NCBI GenBank assembly: GCA_002189035.1
Contig: NEEC01000026.1
Span: forward strand, 496,001 to 560,000
Reading direction: 5' to 3'
DNA: 64,000 bases
Source of the DNA: Utricularia gibba
Taxonomy: Eukaryota > Plantae > Magnoliophyta
Positions 13,800 to 27,729 of this stretch are shown in pieces (within the stretch, counting starts at the first letter, position 1; each line of letters begins with the position of its first letter). A program made the position numbers and the translations under genes. Under the pieces are notes generated by a model. The model was not told the DNA's origin. It made no database searches and worked only from the letters and a program-made list of their open reading frames with translations.

Positions 13800-15420
13800 A
13801 TTATAGCTTGTGTTTTCGAAAATGATAGAAAATTTATTTTTGGGGAAGAACTTCAATTTTCACAAGATCTTGAATGTGGTCCACTACCCCCAACATGATG
13901 AAAGACTTGCAGCCATTGTTGTAAGTAATACACTTTCAAAAAGGATTGAAGAGCCAATACATATAAAAGTCATGTTAGAGAGAAACATAATGATAAATTA
14001 CCTTAATCTTATCAAACTAAATTATATTTAAAGAATGATAGTAGTATCAAATTATCCAATTTTTTTCAATTGTAAACTTTTTCAAATTAATGTGGTATGT
14101 TATTTAATACAAAAAGAATTTCCTTTGTCATTAGTTGAAAAACCATCTTTTGATGATGGTGGGAAAAGTTGCAATAATGAAAGATATTGTTATTACATGT
14201 TTTTGGATAGATAATTGTTAATGTATACAAAAATGAATTTTAGTTTTTCAAGAATGACCATCACCGCATAATAATTTTTCTACTACAAAAATCATAAAAA
14301 GAGTCACGGCATTTTATGAAATTTCTAATATGATTTTTTCTATTTATATGGATACATCTACGAACACAAATACCATTGAGATTTTGAAAAAGAGTATAAA
14401 TCCTATGTTAAATAGTATTTTTTTTCCACACTAGTTGCACTTGGGATAATTTAAATTTGTGTGTTCAAAATGATTTGAAAGAATGTGAAATTTTTTTAAC
14501 TTATAATGATGATTTAGTTAGTACAATTAAAAGTATACCTAATAGAAGAAATGATTTTAAAAGGATTTGTCCAAGTATATGAAATTCTATATCTGATATA
14601 TTATAGTTTTTGATTCCTTGTAAAATGTTCTTATTGAATTTTGTGAATTTTTCAGGAGTTATAATTTTTTAACTCAATTTATTTTTAAAAAAAACAAAAA
14701 AGTATAGTGAATTTATTTGAAAAATTTTGACCTAGTACAAAGATTTTGAATAGTATTTATTATTCATCTTCTCAACTAGTGCTATCATATATTTATAAAA
14801 TTTCGTTTGTATTTTATGATCATCAAGGCGATTGTGATTGAAATACTTTGATGAAATCCTACATTTGTTTTTTATTGCACTGATTTTGGATCCCCGGGTT
14901 AAATTTCGAGGTGTGAAAATTTTACTTGAATGAATTTTTGAATCTTTTAATACAAATGATGTTAATCTTCCTATTAAAAATTGTGAAGATATCAATGTAG
15001 ATACTAATAATATTTTATGGTTATGTATTCTCTTTATGCTATTAGATATAGTGATCGAAGTGTTCTTATTCCTGAAACTTGTAATAATTCGATATTTGAC
15101 AGTCACAATCCGATAGACATTATTTGTAGGAAATATGGCTCATTTATTTCATCTTCGTTAAATTATGTTGCTCAAACCACATTGTATAATAATAGCCTAA
15201 TTGTTGAGGGTGTTGATGATGATAAGTTTAATATCTTAAGTTGATGAAAGACAAATTCTACTACTTACTCTATTTTGCATCGAATGGTCAAAGATCTTCT
15301 AACAACTTCAACGTATAAAATTGCATCCGAAAGTGCTTTTTGTGTAGGAGAATGAGTTCTTAATCGCATGTGTTCCTAATTGAATGCAGAGACTTTAGAA
15401 GCATGCATTAGTCTAAAGGA
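13800..15420 (+). mobile_element. Decayed hAT (Ac/Tam3-like) transposase
   Basis: HKILNVVHYPQH...AAIVVSNTL segment. Dimerisation-domain motifs DDKFNILS..K...YSIL.RMVKDLL...IASESAFCVG.VL...LEACISLK at 15220-15420. Multiple stops. Confidence 0.75.
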
Positions 15421-16153
15421 ATCAAACGTTGTCTTCGAGTTTAAGTAAGGATGAAATTGAGGACTCCTAATTCAGAAACATTGTGTTATCCATGAAAACT
15501 GATTATTTGTAACGGAATGTTTAATTCATAGTTTTAATAAATAGTCGCAGTCGTACTTCCCAGAATCCCACATGAGCTGATGTTTGCACTCGGTTACCTA
15601 GAAAATTATCCTAGCCCTAGTCATGCAAACTAGAAATTTTGTTATTTATGCTCTTTTTATTTTATAATTTATGTAATGCATGACTTAATTTATTGTTAAT
15701 ATTTTGAATTTTTTATAATTTTTATTTGCGAATATGTGTTGCAAATACAAATAATTTTCATATAAGCTATACATGTGATATGTATATACTCAATATAAAA
15801 AAACCGTAAAAGTAAAAAATATATATTCGTAGGTTCATACAACGGACCATATGGATGCCTCGAGGATGCATTTTTGCATTTTTGTTGTCCACAATAGCGG
15901 ATCTGGGTACCTCATAAATAATTAGACTAATTATTTGCAACATTGGGTCCCAAATCCTCTTATAATAATTCAAAAACTAGAATTACGCTCTATATTTGCT
16001 TAATTATAACCGAGCGACTCTTCCCACCTGAAAACAGTGGTAATTATTGTCGAAAATCTGTCAATTTAATGTAATCATTATGCCATATGATTAACCTATA
16101 ATTTGGTTAATAAAACCGATTTTGTCAAACCCATAAAAAATATAACATGTTTA

Positions 16154-17536
16154 TGATGACACACATTTTCTCTTAATTTTATATTACAAAATGGTAATGT
16201 TTTATTGTGGTTTAGGTTAGGTAAATGTGGTTTTTCATGTTTATGTGTGTTTATGTTAATTTTATGTGTTTATGTAGAAAAGTGGACTAAATCCTTTGCT
16301 TTAGTCCACTACCTTTGTTACTAATGTTTGACTAAGTTTAGCAGGGAGATTGGCAGCAAAATCAGACTCACAAATGTGTGGAACAAGTAGAAGAGAGCGC
16401 AATATTTGAAGAGAGACAAAGATCACTATTCTACCGCTTGCAGTCTGCAAGCTCAGGGCGGGAACAATGCTGGTGTCAGGAACAATGCAATGGAGTAAAG
16501 GAGGGGAGATATTTTTCGAAAAAGGGGGACAGAGTGGGGAGAACACGGAGAGGAGCGCAGAATGCACGCAAGGGGGCTTCTCCCCCAACGCAAAAAACAC
16601 TAACCAGAAGAGGGGAAGACGAGCTTCACCCTCAAGAATAGCATCAGAGCCCAGTCCAGCGCTACTGTTCTAGGCCATGAACAGTAGCAACCGGGCAACA
16701 GAACAATCTTTATTTCCTTTTCGTTTTCTGAACGTTTCGATTTTCTGTATCTGACTTGCTTACAATGTTTCTGTTATTTTTGCCACATTATCTGAATGAA
16801 ATCATGTTTTATTTTCCAAGTATGCGTAGCTAAATCTTTAGAAATGCCTTAATTTAAAGCGTGGTGGTATGAATCTAGGGTTAATGAGGAAATTTATCTT
16901 TGTCTCTTAGTTCTTATTTCTATCATTCCATGGGTTGACGTAAGGAGGGAAACAAGTAACTTCTCAACTAGGATGCTTGATTTAGAGGTAGACCAATAAA
17001 TCAAGGCGGGAGCAGTAGATGTTAGTCCGAGGTAGAACCAATAGAACTAAGTAAACCTAGTTCTATACACTTTGTATGCGAGTAGACCTAATTGTAATAT
17101 TGGTGATAATATTGGGGACTAGGTTAGCCGAAAATATGATGAATGACTTGGGTAAATTTAGGTTGTTTGAAGTTATGAGTATAGGGACACGGTAAATTAA
17201 ATTAGGCACATTCGCATCGCATCACCTACAGACCATTAGGGCATCTTCGTATTAGTTTGTGTTAAAATTAGTATCTATTATCTTCAGCATTGAGACCTGA
17301 TCTTGTTTACTAAACTTGTTTACTACTATTAGTTTGAGTTTAGACTAAGACTAACTGTTATTCCGAATCATGCATCTACTGAAATACTCAGCAAGTACAA
17401 GCTCTTTGTGATTAACCGTGAAATCCATTATATAAGTTTTCTAAATTTGTATTTTGTGTAGATTAGGGACCATAAATTTATTTGATATGGAAATTTGCTT
17501 TTATTACAACGACATTGCTAAAATTTCTGTTTATCA
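16154..17536 (+). mobile_element. LTR-like segment (Athila/Ogre-type), probable solo LTR
   Basis: TGATGACAC...TTTATCA with LTR-type internal motifs (ATGCGTAGCTAAA; GCTCTTTGTGATTAACC). No TSD, PBS or PPT confirmed. Confidence 0.5.
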
Positions 17537-18112
17537 ATCTGCCACTCCTAGTCCCCGTATTGTTCACACTGTTACTGAAAACAACCCTTGTCTCCAATTA
17601 TAAATTTTCTTACTGCTTGCTCCAAACCGAAAGCTACTAAGCATGCCACTCATCCTCTTTCTAATATTGACTAAATTAAACAAGGTAAGTGCTTTATTAT
17701 TCATCATGGGTTGCTGAACTATGTTTCAAATTGAAATACCCAATGAGAAATTGAAGCAATTTCTCATTCAATGTTTATGAATGTTTGTAGATATAAACTT
17801 CTAAGAAATTGCTTTTTATCTCGATTTTTTATGCATAATTTTATAATTCACATACGAGTCTGACATCCATCGTGATTGCTTATCGAGGTTTGGCACCTGC
17901 AGCCATCGCAACTACAAGGTTTCGTATGTACAGTAAATGCATGCATTCAGGCTGCTGCCCGCCGTTGTCACTCGGGGAGGGTAGCAGTTTCACGTGGATT
18001 GAAAATCTTCCTTGCTTTTTAAGCAGCACCCACTACATTCATTGGCTACAGTTTGTAGACCCTTACACTAACCAGGGTGCCAACGACAACGCAATATCCC
18101 CAGAGGTCCAAG

Positions 18113-21100
18113 TCACATCCTCCTACGCCTAGTCGAAGCAATAGTGATCCTGTTATCCCGCAGCATATTCAATTTGGGAGCCAACAGGCGTGTGTACCGA
18201 TCGAAGTAGAGGATCTGCTTCATCAGAAGAGCGAATTCCCGAGGAAACCTCAGGCCGTATGACTCACTAACTCGAACCTATGCATAAGAGCCACGATGAG
18301 CCGAAGTTAAAGGGCAATGCTGCAGCAAGCCCTACAAATTCAACATGAACAATATGCCACGTCCACATGTCACGCTAAGTTGCAGACATATAGCATCTTA
18401 CCAGATCAAGAAAGAGTGCGCTCATTTGTCTTTCATCAACAACAACATTTGCGGTGACAGCTGTTGCATTTGTTCTTTGTTCGCTGGCTGTTGCGACAAT
18501 TATTTCCGCATCCAAGTTCTACACCAATAAAGTGGTAACCATTGTGATACAGAGAATATATTGCACTCACATACTTCAAACTTCTGAAGCAGAAAAAACG
18601 TGAGAATGATCGACTGTTCTGTAAGTCAGACAAGAGTTTGGCACCTCAATGCCTGAAAGTCAAGATTCGGATTCATGAAATGAAGGCAGCACCAACCTGT
18701 ATCGAGGTGAATATATTCTCCAGATCCTTAGAAAAGGCTCGAGAATCTACATTTGTGTTTGTGGCTCCCATATCAATCAACGACGATGCCATTAACTCAT
18801 AGTCTTCAGCTGTTAAGGACCCAAGGAACAAATCCATTGCAGCCCATGTTTTTTGAGAAATTCGTCCAACAATTCCTGTTAAAATAATTCCAGGCTCACA
18901 TTTCATTTCCTCAAGCTAGAGGCAGCATATTTGACATAACTCAGAAAACAGAAAAGGGGACAAAGAATCAAGGATAAGGGAATATCACATACCAAAATCC
19001 AGGAACCCGATCCGGCCATCCTGTAATAACCATAGGTTTCCAGCATGTACATCAGCATGAAAAGATTCGCATGCTAGCAAGCTACCAAACCTGCCAAGAA
19101 GTGAAACATCACGAACAATGAAATGAATGAGTTTGAGTTTAGAATCGAGTCACTGTTCTCAATAATGATACTGAATCCTACCAGACATTCAGAGCAGTTA
19201 TAAGACTCGTCTCTGGGTTTGGAACAAGGTTGTTCACTGAGTTTAGGTCTGTGAGAGGAACACCATAAAGTCGCTCCATTGTGAGAATCCGTTTTGTACT
19301 GTACTGATGATAGATTGTTGGGGCAGTGGCCTGGCCCATCAGCCCCATTGCTTCCAAGTATTTCCGAAAGGACTCGACATTTGAAGCCTCCTTGTTAAAG
19401 TCAACCTCCTCAAGCATCGATCCCCTTATGTCTTGGACAATAGAAGCCTGTAATTGATCCCTTTACGCCACATGAAATGATTCAACCCTACAGGAGAAAA
19501 TTCCAAATCCAGCATATTTCTGAAAGCTACTAGCCAAACATAAATTCAGAACAAACACCAGAAGCAAGTGTGAGCCAAAGTGGAACGACTGCATTATATA
19601 TCAGGAATATTGTAATCACCAGAGATGTACGGCTGAGTTCTGGGCTCAAAAATTCCAAGATGCGTGCTACAATATACACAAAGTTTAAATCTGCCACCAA
19701 GATATCTTCTATTCCAGGTTTTAGAACCTTTATAACTACATCCTCTCCAGTGTCTCTTAACCTTGCAGCATGGACCTAAACAGCACATCCAAATGAAATC
19801 ATCAAGAAAGCATGCAAAACAGCATTCCTAATACTAAACTAGCATGCAAATCTGAATGCTTGAGAGAGAGAGTGCGAGAGGAAAATATATTGCATACCTG
19901 CGCTATAGAAGCAGAGGCTAACGGTTCAGGATCAATAAATTCAAAAACTGAATGTATCTGTTCCCCTAACTCTGCACGCAATATTGCCTGAATGTCTTGA
20001 AAAGGAACTGGTGGGGCTCTATCAAAACAATACTGGAACTCCTGGACATACTCTGGTGGAAATACAGTAGGCGTGGAAGCTATGAACTGAAAAAGAAAAT
20101 TAATCTACTCACTGGATCAGCAAAGTATACACTGGGAGATAGAATGCAGAGAGTGAGCAATTAAAAACATAAAATCCATCTGTCTTCTATTTTATATAGA
20201 AAAAGAAATGAGAAAAAGATACAGGGCAGCTGAATTATCCTTTGACACCTTAGGGATTACAGAAAATGATGCACCACAAACCTGGCCCAGTTTGATGTAT
20301 GTTGCTCCCATGCTTTCAAACAATTTCCGCAAATAAGATGGTGACAACAATCCATATTGCAATTCCACAGGTAATCCCCTGGGCGAATTTGCTACCTTTG
20401 AATTAAAAACAATTATATGAGCAAGAATTGTTTTAAGTCAACCATACAGAGTTGCTAACAGGAAACTCCAGCTTGATTAATCACATATTTAATTTAAAAC
20501 ATGTCATGCCCTGATGCGAACATAACAAGAAGGTGGATAGGAACATCAATACCTTATAAACATCTGAGAGCCACTCACGGCCAACGCCGACGAATGCTTG
20601 AATACCTTGAGCTAGTCGAATGGCACCACGAGGACCAGTGCTGATGGAAGTTTGCACAATATCTTCGAGAAGTTTCGGCAAGTTCTGAATATTATCTGGA
20701 GCCATGTAATAACCACGGGAATATAAACTGGAAAAGTTATATACTGCCTAAAGATAAACATAGTACCCATCATCCAACATAAAAAAAATTAAATTGTATC
20801 AACATGAGAAGGACTGCACAAGCACTATACTATACCGCAGTTTTTCATCACTGAATTAACAAAGATCGTGCAAAAAGCCAGGCTCCTAACAAAATTAACA
20901 ATCATGCTGCTCATGAAAAGAAAGGGAGAGATGGCGAAGGGGACGGACTGAGAAGTGAGACCTTGGAGTGTGATCATTACCTTGAATACGAGCGGTGAAG
21001 ATGTCGTGCGACTGTGAGTATCGCGCACAGACAGCATATTTAGGATTGTATCGTTTGAGGATGCTTTTCGATATGCATATGGAAATCGGCACCTGCAAGC

Positions 21101-21236
21101 ACATGATCAGAGGCACCAGCATGAACGCACGGAAGCGCCAACACTATCCCTAAAGAATGCGTAGATATAATCTCTATGCCTGAATCAAAGGAAAGGAGCC
21201 GTAAGGGGCTCCTCTGAGCATAGAAGCTGTTGCCAT
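18113..21236 (-). CDS. ABC1K9: ABC1/AarF atypical protein kinase, At5g05200-like (plastid), 11 exons, 531 aa
   Basis: Exons 21236-21180, 21092-20981, 20695-20553, 20395-20282, 20086-19898, 19775-19620, 19447-19182, 19090-18993, 18875-18697, 18518-18402 and 18277-18113 splice in frame (1596 nt). Motifs [47 protein letters not shown]. Intron 1 is GC-AG. Confidence 0.95.
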
Positions 21237-21469
21237 TTCGATTCTTCCGCAATTCGTCTAGAACCTCTGGGGGAAGGAGAATGATGCAGCCTATTCGTAA
21301 CCAGCGAAACGAATTTCAGCTTGTTGAGAGAGTCTAGTTCGCTTGTCCGTCGTGGGATTACATGGTACACAAATCAAGGCGACTGAAATGCAAGGTACCA
21401 CGCGTCGTATTCACTCAATATCTCGTCGTTTAGGATTTTGGGCTGGCAGGTAGACATGAAAAATGCTAC

Positions 21470-21530
21470 TTTCGGGGCCCAACAAAAAAGGCCCATTTCG
21501 GCACGTACATCACAGGCCCGTTGAGTAAGC
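21470..21530. promoter_or_regulatory. Cluster of Site II-like (GGCCCA/GGCCCG) elements upstream of ABC1K9
   Basis: GGCCCAA, GGCCCAT and GGCCCG occur within 60 bp, ~240-290 bp upstream of the ATG. Confidence 0.45.
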
Positions 21531-21684
21531 ATCAACTTCAAGAAAGACTGCCTGCCACATGATCAAAATCCAGGGCTCCAAACCATGAAAACCAGCTATA
21601 AGGCGAAGATAACCATTAACAGGCCAACAGCAAGTGTGTGGAACACCAAAAAATGTGCTCGGAATTCGTGCAAGCTGTATAAAA

Positions 21685-21796
21685 TACCTGATGTTTTGCA
21701 AATTATTTATAAAATACATAATGTTTTACAACAGATAAATTAAAATAGTTTTAGAAATTAGTATTAATATTTTTAATAAAATTTTGTATATGAATT

Positions 21797-21840
<44 letters not shown>

Positions 21841-22305
21841 TAAAAATTATTTATTTTGATGATTATTATAATATAATAATTTATAATTTACTCAATTGTA
21901 AAGAAACAAGATATTATTTTATTGTAAAGTTGCATTTAATATTATAACTTTTGAGAAATATATATTTTGTAAATTAAAATAGTTTTATAAATTAATTTTT
22001 TTAATGAAATTTGAAAATATTTTCAATCAATTGATGAAAATTGAATATTGATCTATTAAAAATGAATAAGACTTTTAGATTAATAACTATTTACAAATCA
22101 ATTTATTTTTTAATACTCTTTTATATTCAAAATCACTCGTTTTTAATATTTTATATAATATTAAATTAAAAATTACATGTATTTTCATATAGTGTAATTA
22201 TATAAAAAATCATTATGAATTTAAAATTTGGAAACTATATATATTTTGCAAATAGTTTGCAAAATATCATGTATTTTGCAAACTATTTGTAAAACATCAT
22301 GCAGT
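21685..22305. mobile_element. AT-rich foldback (MULE/MITE-like) element
   Basis: TGATGTTTTGCAAATTATTTATAAAATACATAATGTTTTAC (~21690-21730) is an imperfect inverted repeat of ~22255-22300. No TSD confirmed. Confidence 0.45.
21804..21836. repeat. (AT)n microsatellite
   Basis: About 16 uninterrupted TA units. Confidence 0.95.
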
Positions 22306-23301
22306 TTTCAAATGGGTTTCTCCATGTGGAGAAATCCACCGGACCCATGGAATTTGCATGTTTTTTAGAGTATTACCCGTACATTTGGTGGCTTGTTGCA
22401 TTGGAAATCAACAAGTGGATAATCCAAAAAGCCTGGAAAACCGAGAGTACTCATATATTACAAAGAAAATTTCCTCTATAAAAAATGGAAGAAAGTTTGT
22501 AAGAGTTACAAGAACTCAATAGTCTTAATTTGAACAGAAGCTTATAGATGCTCTCCTCGCAACAAAGTTGATTCTTGTATTCTTTTTCTTTGTTCCTCAT
22601 TGTTACAGAGTTTATGAAGTTTTTCAAATTTTTAATAGAAATTCTATAACATTAAGCGGTTTAAAGATGTTATTATGGAAAGGAAAAGATGAAAATTGGT
22701 AACTTAGAAAACAGGAAAACTATGGATGATAACACATCATCAAGAAGAAATCCACTAAAAGCTCGAAGGGAATACAAACAAAGTTGACTTTGAAAATTAC
22801 AAGAACTCATGAGATGCCACTCCATTATGGAAAGATGCGACTTCCCATTTTTTTTGTATTTTTCTGACATTATCTTCTATTAGTAGCACAATATTCCCTT
22901 ATTTTGGGGATAAGGCTGTTGAGTCTCATCAACCTATGTGGGAGATGGCACCATAGCTCTTGGACTGGATTCAAGAATGAGCGTTATAACTTTAACGATT
23001 TTTCTTCTGATTTTTTGAAAGTTTCCATACCATTAAATGTGCCAAAGAATTAGGAAAGCAAGGAAAGAAGAGATGATATGATAACTTGCAAAACAATGAA
23101 AATTGAGGGTACTCACATACAATAAGAAATAGCTTTTCACTAAGAATGAAGAGTACTCACAAGTTCTTGATTACAAGTCAAAGTGAAGAAAACCTGAAAA
23201 TTTATATGAAGAAATAGCTCCCCCTTTTCTCTAACATCCGCTATCTCCTCTAAGAATGAATAGGATTGAAAAAAGGTGAGTCTTTCCCATTTTAGTTTAA
23301 G

Positions 23302-24950
23302 TGATAAACGGAAATTTTTAATATCGTTGTAAAAGAAAACAAATCATCGTATCAAATAAATTTATAATCTCTAATCTCATAAAATATAAATTAAACATAA
23401 ATTGTATAGTGGATTTCAGTGTGAATCACAAGGAGCTGATGCTTGCAATGTGTTTTTTCAGATGTAGAATTTTGAGTAAATTGTACTTAATCTAAGGTCA
23501 AACTAATAGTGGTATACAAGTTTGTGTATACCACTAATAGTTCATTAACTAAGATCAGATTTCAATGTAGAAAGTAAGAATTACAAGTTTTATGTAAAAA
23601 ATAACACTATGATATTTCTAGGTGGTTTAGGTGATGTGGTATTCAAGTTTCTACCCAAGTCGTTTCTCATATTTTTGGTTCATTCAATTTTAATTTTATC
23701 ATTCATTTTACACATAGATCTACTCGCATGCTAAATATGTTGAACTATGTCTACCTAGTTCTATTAATTCTACCAAGAACTAATACCTATTGTTCTCATC
23801 TTAATTCATTAGTTTATCTCTAAATCAAACGTCTAATTTGCAATGATGTTTGCTCCATCCCTTAGGTCTACCTTAGTAATGTAGAAATGAACTGCTAAAG
23901 AACAAAATCATAAATTACTTGGAAATCCTAAACCAAATCACTCAACCTATTTGATTTGTTGACATTAACACTTTTGGTAACTCGATGGATTAAACCTTCT
24001 TAGATCCCAATTTTCATTACATTGATTTCCTTCAGTGATATCCTTGGTTATCCTCCACTCCTTTCTATCATGCATCATGCTCAAGAGCTACCACGTTATC
24101 CTGTCTATTTTTTCATAGTTTGTCTTCTGCATCGTTTCACCTCCTGAATCCACTTCTATAAATAGCTCTGATAAATGAAAAATTTAGCAAGTCATTATAA
24201 ATTGAAAATTCTCCTATCAAATAAAATTTATAAATCTAAGGAACACTCAATAATGAAAGAATTACGAGCATAGCAATATGTGATGCATTTAGTGAATGTC
24301 ATAGTTGAAAGATTTAGTATAAGTTAGGACTAACAATTTTGCAATAATATGCAGAAAGTCAGAAACGGGTAAAAACATATCTTTATTTAAAATTAAGCAT
24401 GGTGATGCTTTGAGACTTCCAGACACTTCATACTTATCACTAAAATCATCTTACCTAAATCACAAATTATTCATCTAACAAGCAAAAGTTAAAATCTACT
24501 TAAACCCTTGTTTTCCCCTAATATTTGGTCTATCTCTAATTATGATTGTTTAAGATGAATGCCACTAACTTCCCCTCCTGGATCTATCATAATTTGTTAA
24601 GAAAATGGTGTGATTTATGGGTAACAAAATCAAAAGAACAATTACACTTTATTTTCCTTTGGTCCCAAGGCACTATTAGGTGCTAAGTTACTCATACTAA
24701 GAGAAAATAAAACATTTTTATAATATAACATGAACATCATCTTTGTTTCACAACTTATTAGCATGAAAAGAAATAAAAACAAAAAAATAAACATTAACTG
24801 AATTGTAAATAGTTTGCACAAAAAAGGTTAAAACTACTCTCAATTAAGAGTAATATTTTTCATAAGCAAAGGAAGTATTCAAAAAGAAGCTTCGATTCTA
24901 GGTCGTCTCTGTTGTTGTTCTTGGTTCCTGTGATTTTTTTCTTCCCAATG
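23302..24950 (-). mobile_element. Two abutting or nested truncated LTRs of family D
   Basis: TGATAAACGGAAATTTT at 23302 and TGATAAATGAAAAATTTAGCAAGTCATT at 24169 both match the end of the 51850-52969 LTR; 24180-24720 aligns to ~51860-52440. Confidence 0.65.
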
Positions 24951-25019
24951 TCCCCCTCAATTTTGTGTTGCATCCTCTTTGAAGAGTAGGTCCCCCTCTG
25001 TTTCTTCATTATGTCAAAA

Positions 25020-26110
25020 ATATCTCTTTTTGATCTTCTTGGGGTTTTCCGATTTGGGGATAATCCTCATTTTGATCATGATTGGCGGTCGTCTTTCGTT
25101 TGCGTCGCGCCTCCATTAGGGTGTAGTGGATCTTCCCTGTTGATCCTCCCATCCCAAAGTAAAACCTTTCACCTCTTATCGGCCTTCTACCGAATCTTGT
25201 AGAGTCATAGACCTTAATGCTTAGAGAATGGTTTGTTCAATACGAGTCTTAGACCTTAATGCTTTCGAAGGAATCTCGGAGGAATTTTGGCATCCTTGAT
25301 CACGACCGGGACAGGCAATGATTTGATTTCATTATTCCTCCCTCTTCTAATCTCCCTTCGATTCCGACCACTGGTTCCTAAATCTTCAACCCAGCCCCAA
25401 ACTCTCAAGAGAAAAAGTAGGTTTAAGCAATGTGTTCACAAAAATGAAAAGGTAGTTAGGTCTATTTCCTGGGAATCCTACCACCTCGCTTTTTAACCGA
25501 TTTGTTATTTCGGTTCGTAGCTAACACAATGGTGAAGAAATGATCTTTGCAAGCTGCTACTAAAGCCCATTTTGCCATCGAGATGCGTGAAGCTCGGGAG
25601 GCTGTTGTGCATCATTTTTTTAAGGTAGGTTTTCCTATCATGTTTACTTTAGTTTTCTGATTCGGGTTTTTACTCGGGTTTCCTTTCAGACAGAATCTTT
25701 GGGTATTGAATCAGACGACACTATCAATCTCATGGATGGAGACAAGGGTGCCAAACCTCTACAATTCGGGATCCAACTTTGAGTACTAAGGAGATGCTGA
25801 GAAGAACCGATAAGGGGAAGGAGAAACTACTGCTTTCTTCTAAGATCAGGTTGCTCCAAACTCCTAAGGTGCCTATCGGTTTGTGAGGCTTCTGCATCAG
25901 CACCTCCTTCTGCTGCTGCCAAGGACTCTTCGACCTCTTCAAGTCAAATTCCCGCCAAATCGCATGCAGCTTTAGATGCGATGGTTTTCCATTCTCCAAT
26001 GTTTCTAAAAGAATCAGTATTGGGAGGCATTTGGTAGGTTTGCTCTACCTAATGCTTTGCAATTTATCATTTATCTTTTAGGGAATATCCCTCATATGGC
26101 AGCTAGCTCA
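25020..26110 (+). pseudogene. Middle part of the Tat antisense (Transposase_28) gene, degraded copy
   Basis: FRFGDNPHFDHDWRSSFVCVAPPLG matches FRRFEDNPHF...HHDWWSSFVWVMPPLG at 56.7 kb. Shares the GTAGTTAGGT and TTGGTAGGT donor motifs with 57146 and 57704. Confidence 0.75.
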
Positions 26111-26159
26111 GGAGCGTGAGGGTTTCAAAGCTCCAAGCTATCTATCAACTTTGAGAAAG

Positions 26160-27600
26160 GAGTTGTGGTTGAAAATCGAATTTATTGAAGATGATTGATT
26201 TCTGGGTTATCGGACCAATTTGTTCATGTCTGATTTGTGGATAAATGAAATGAAAATAGATGAAAATTTTTACATGGAAACCGCCAATGGACGAAAAAAC
26301 CATGAAGTTGGGAGAGATCACTGTAGAAATGAGTTTCATTAAAGATAAGCAAATAAGGGTTACAAAGTAGTGGGAAGGATGTTCACCCTCTTTTCCTTCA
26401 AACCTTCCCCTATTTATAATGGAGGTTGCACCAACAGAATACTGTTGATGTCAACCACTTTCTACACCTGGCGACTATACGTGTGGTCCTATTGACACAT
26501 AACTACCGAGTGTTTTGAGGCTCCAATAATTCAGCTACCTTTTAGATTCTGCCAAAATGACCGTTGTTGCTTAGTTCTGAACCTCATCAATCTGTTTTCC
26601 TGTTGTAATATATTAGAATTGTCTGAAAACTCTTCTAAGCTGATTTAATCTCCATGTGTCATATATTGATTTAGTGCCCCATCATTCTGCCCATTTGATT
26701 GTCAATATTGAAACTCGAGATAAATCAGCCAATTAAAATCAAGAATACTTCAATTTACACTATGTCAATTTCTAACTTGTGATTCTCCCCTGATTTAGAA
26801 TAGCCTCCTGTCACGTGTTGCTCCCAAGGCACACTGTGTTTTCCCGTCCATAATTTCGTCGCTTCGTCTTCCATGTCATTTTGTCTTCTAAGTTATTCCC
26901 TATAAATAACCCCCTCCATACTCCTTCTATGCCTTTTACTGCGTTGTTTTCATCGTCTTCTAGAGTTTCAATGGTTGCCATTCTCCATACACTGTCATCG
27001 GAAAACCTAACATACTTTGCAAAGTTTCCAGGTACCCATCTGTCCCTTTTCAGGAAAACTTCTCAAAAACTCCTAATTTACCCTTTGACCCATGTTTTTG
27101 ATTTCTACTCCCTACTAGGGTATTTCACCTTCTCTAAATTCACCTTTGTCTTTGGTTCGGCTGTGTGAAAATGGTTAAAAGAGTTAGTGAACTAAATATT
27201 TCTTCCAATCAATACCAATATTCGGTCCCTAACGAGTACATCCTATAATAGCTCATTTAGCTTTCCAATCCTGATTGTGTATTTTGAAAGCAGTCTTCGA
27301 TTTCCTCTTCATCCTATAATAGTTCATTTTCTTCATACTTTTGTGATTCTACTTTACTGCCTTGCTCCTAACTTTATCATCTGTTTCACTACCTTTGTAT
27401 TTTACTTTGATGGCATGGATCCTACCATGACTTTAGTGGACTTCCTCCAATTTTTTAAAATAGTGGTCTGTAGAGCAAAGTCTCCGATGTTTATGGGGGC
27501 ATCTTTGAGAAATTCGGGTATTCTCGATCACCTCCACAATAACCAACGGCCTGATTTCATTTTTTCCGGCAATGTCGATTTGACATTGACTTCCCCCATC
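26160..27600 (-). mobile_element. Tat 3' LTR (26160-26684) plus adjacent antisense promoter and Transposase_28 ORF start
   Basis: LTR is homologous to 54199-54714. Plus-strand CTATAAATA at 26900 and ATG at 27171 (MVKRVSELNI...YSVPNEY); YFESSLRFPLHPIIVHFL...LAPN at 27277-27370. Confidence 0.75.
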
Positions 27601-27729
27601 CGTTCTCCTTCAATGCCTTCTTTGTACTCTCTCACTTTTCATTTGATTGTTTGTGAATTAAGTTATAAATTTTATTTGATAGGAAAATTTACAATTTAAC
27701 AACGTTGTAATATTTTTAGTTTATTAAAA

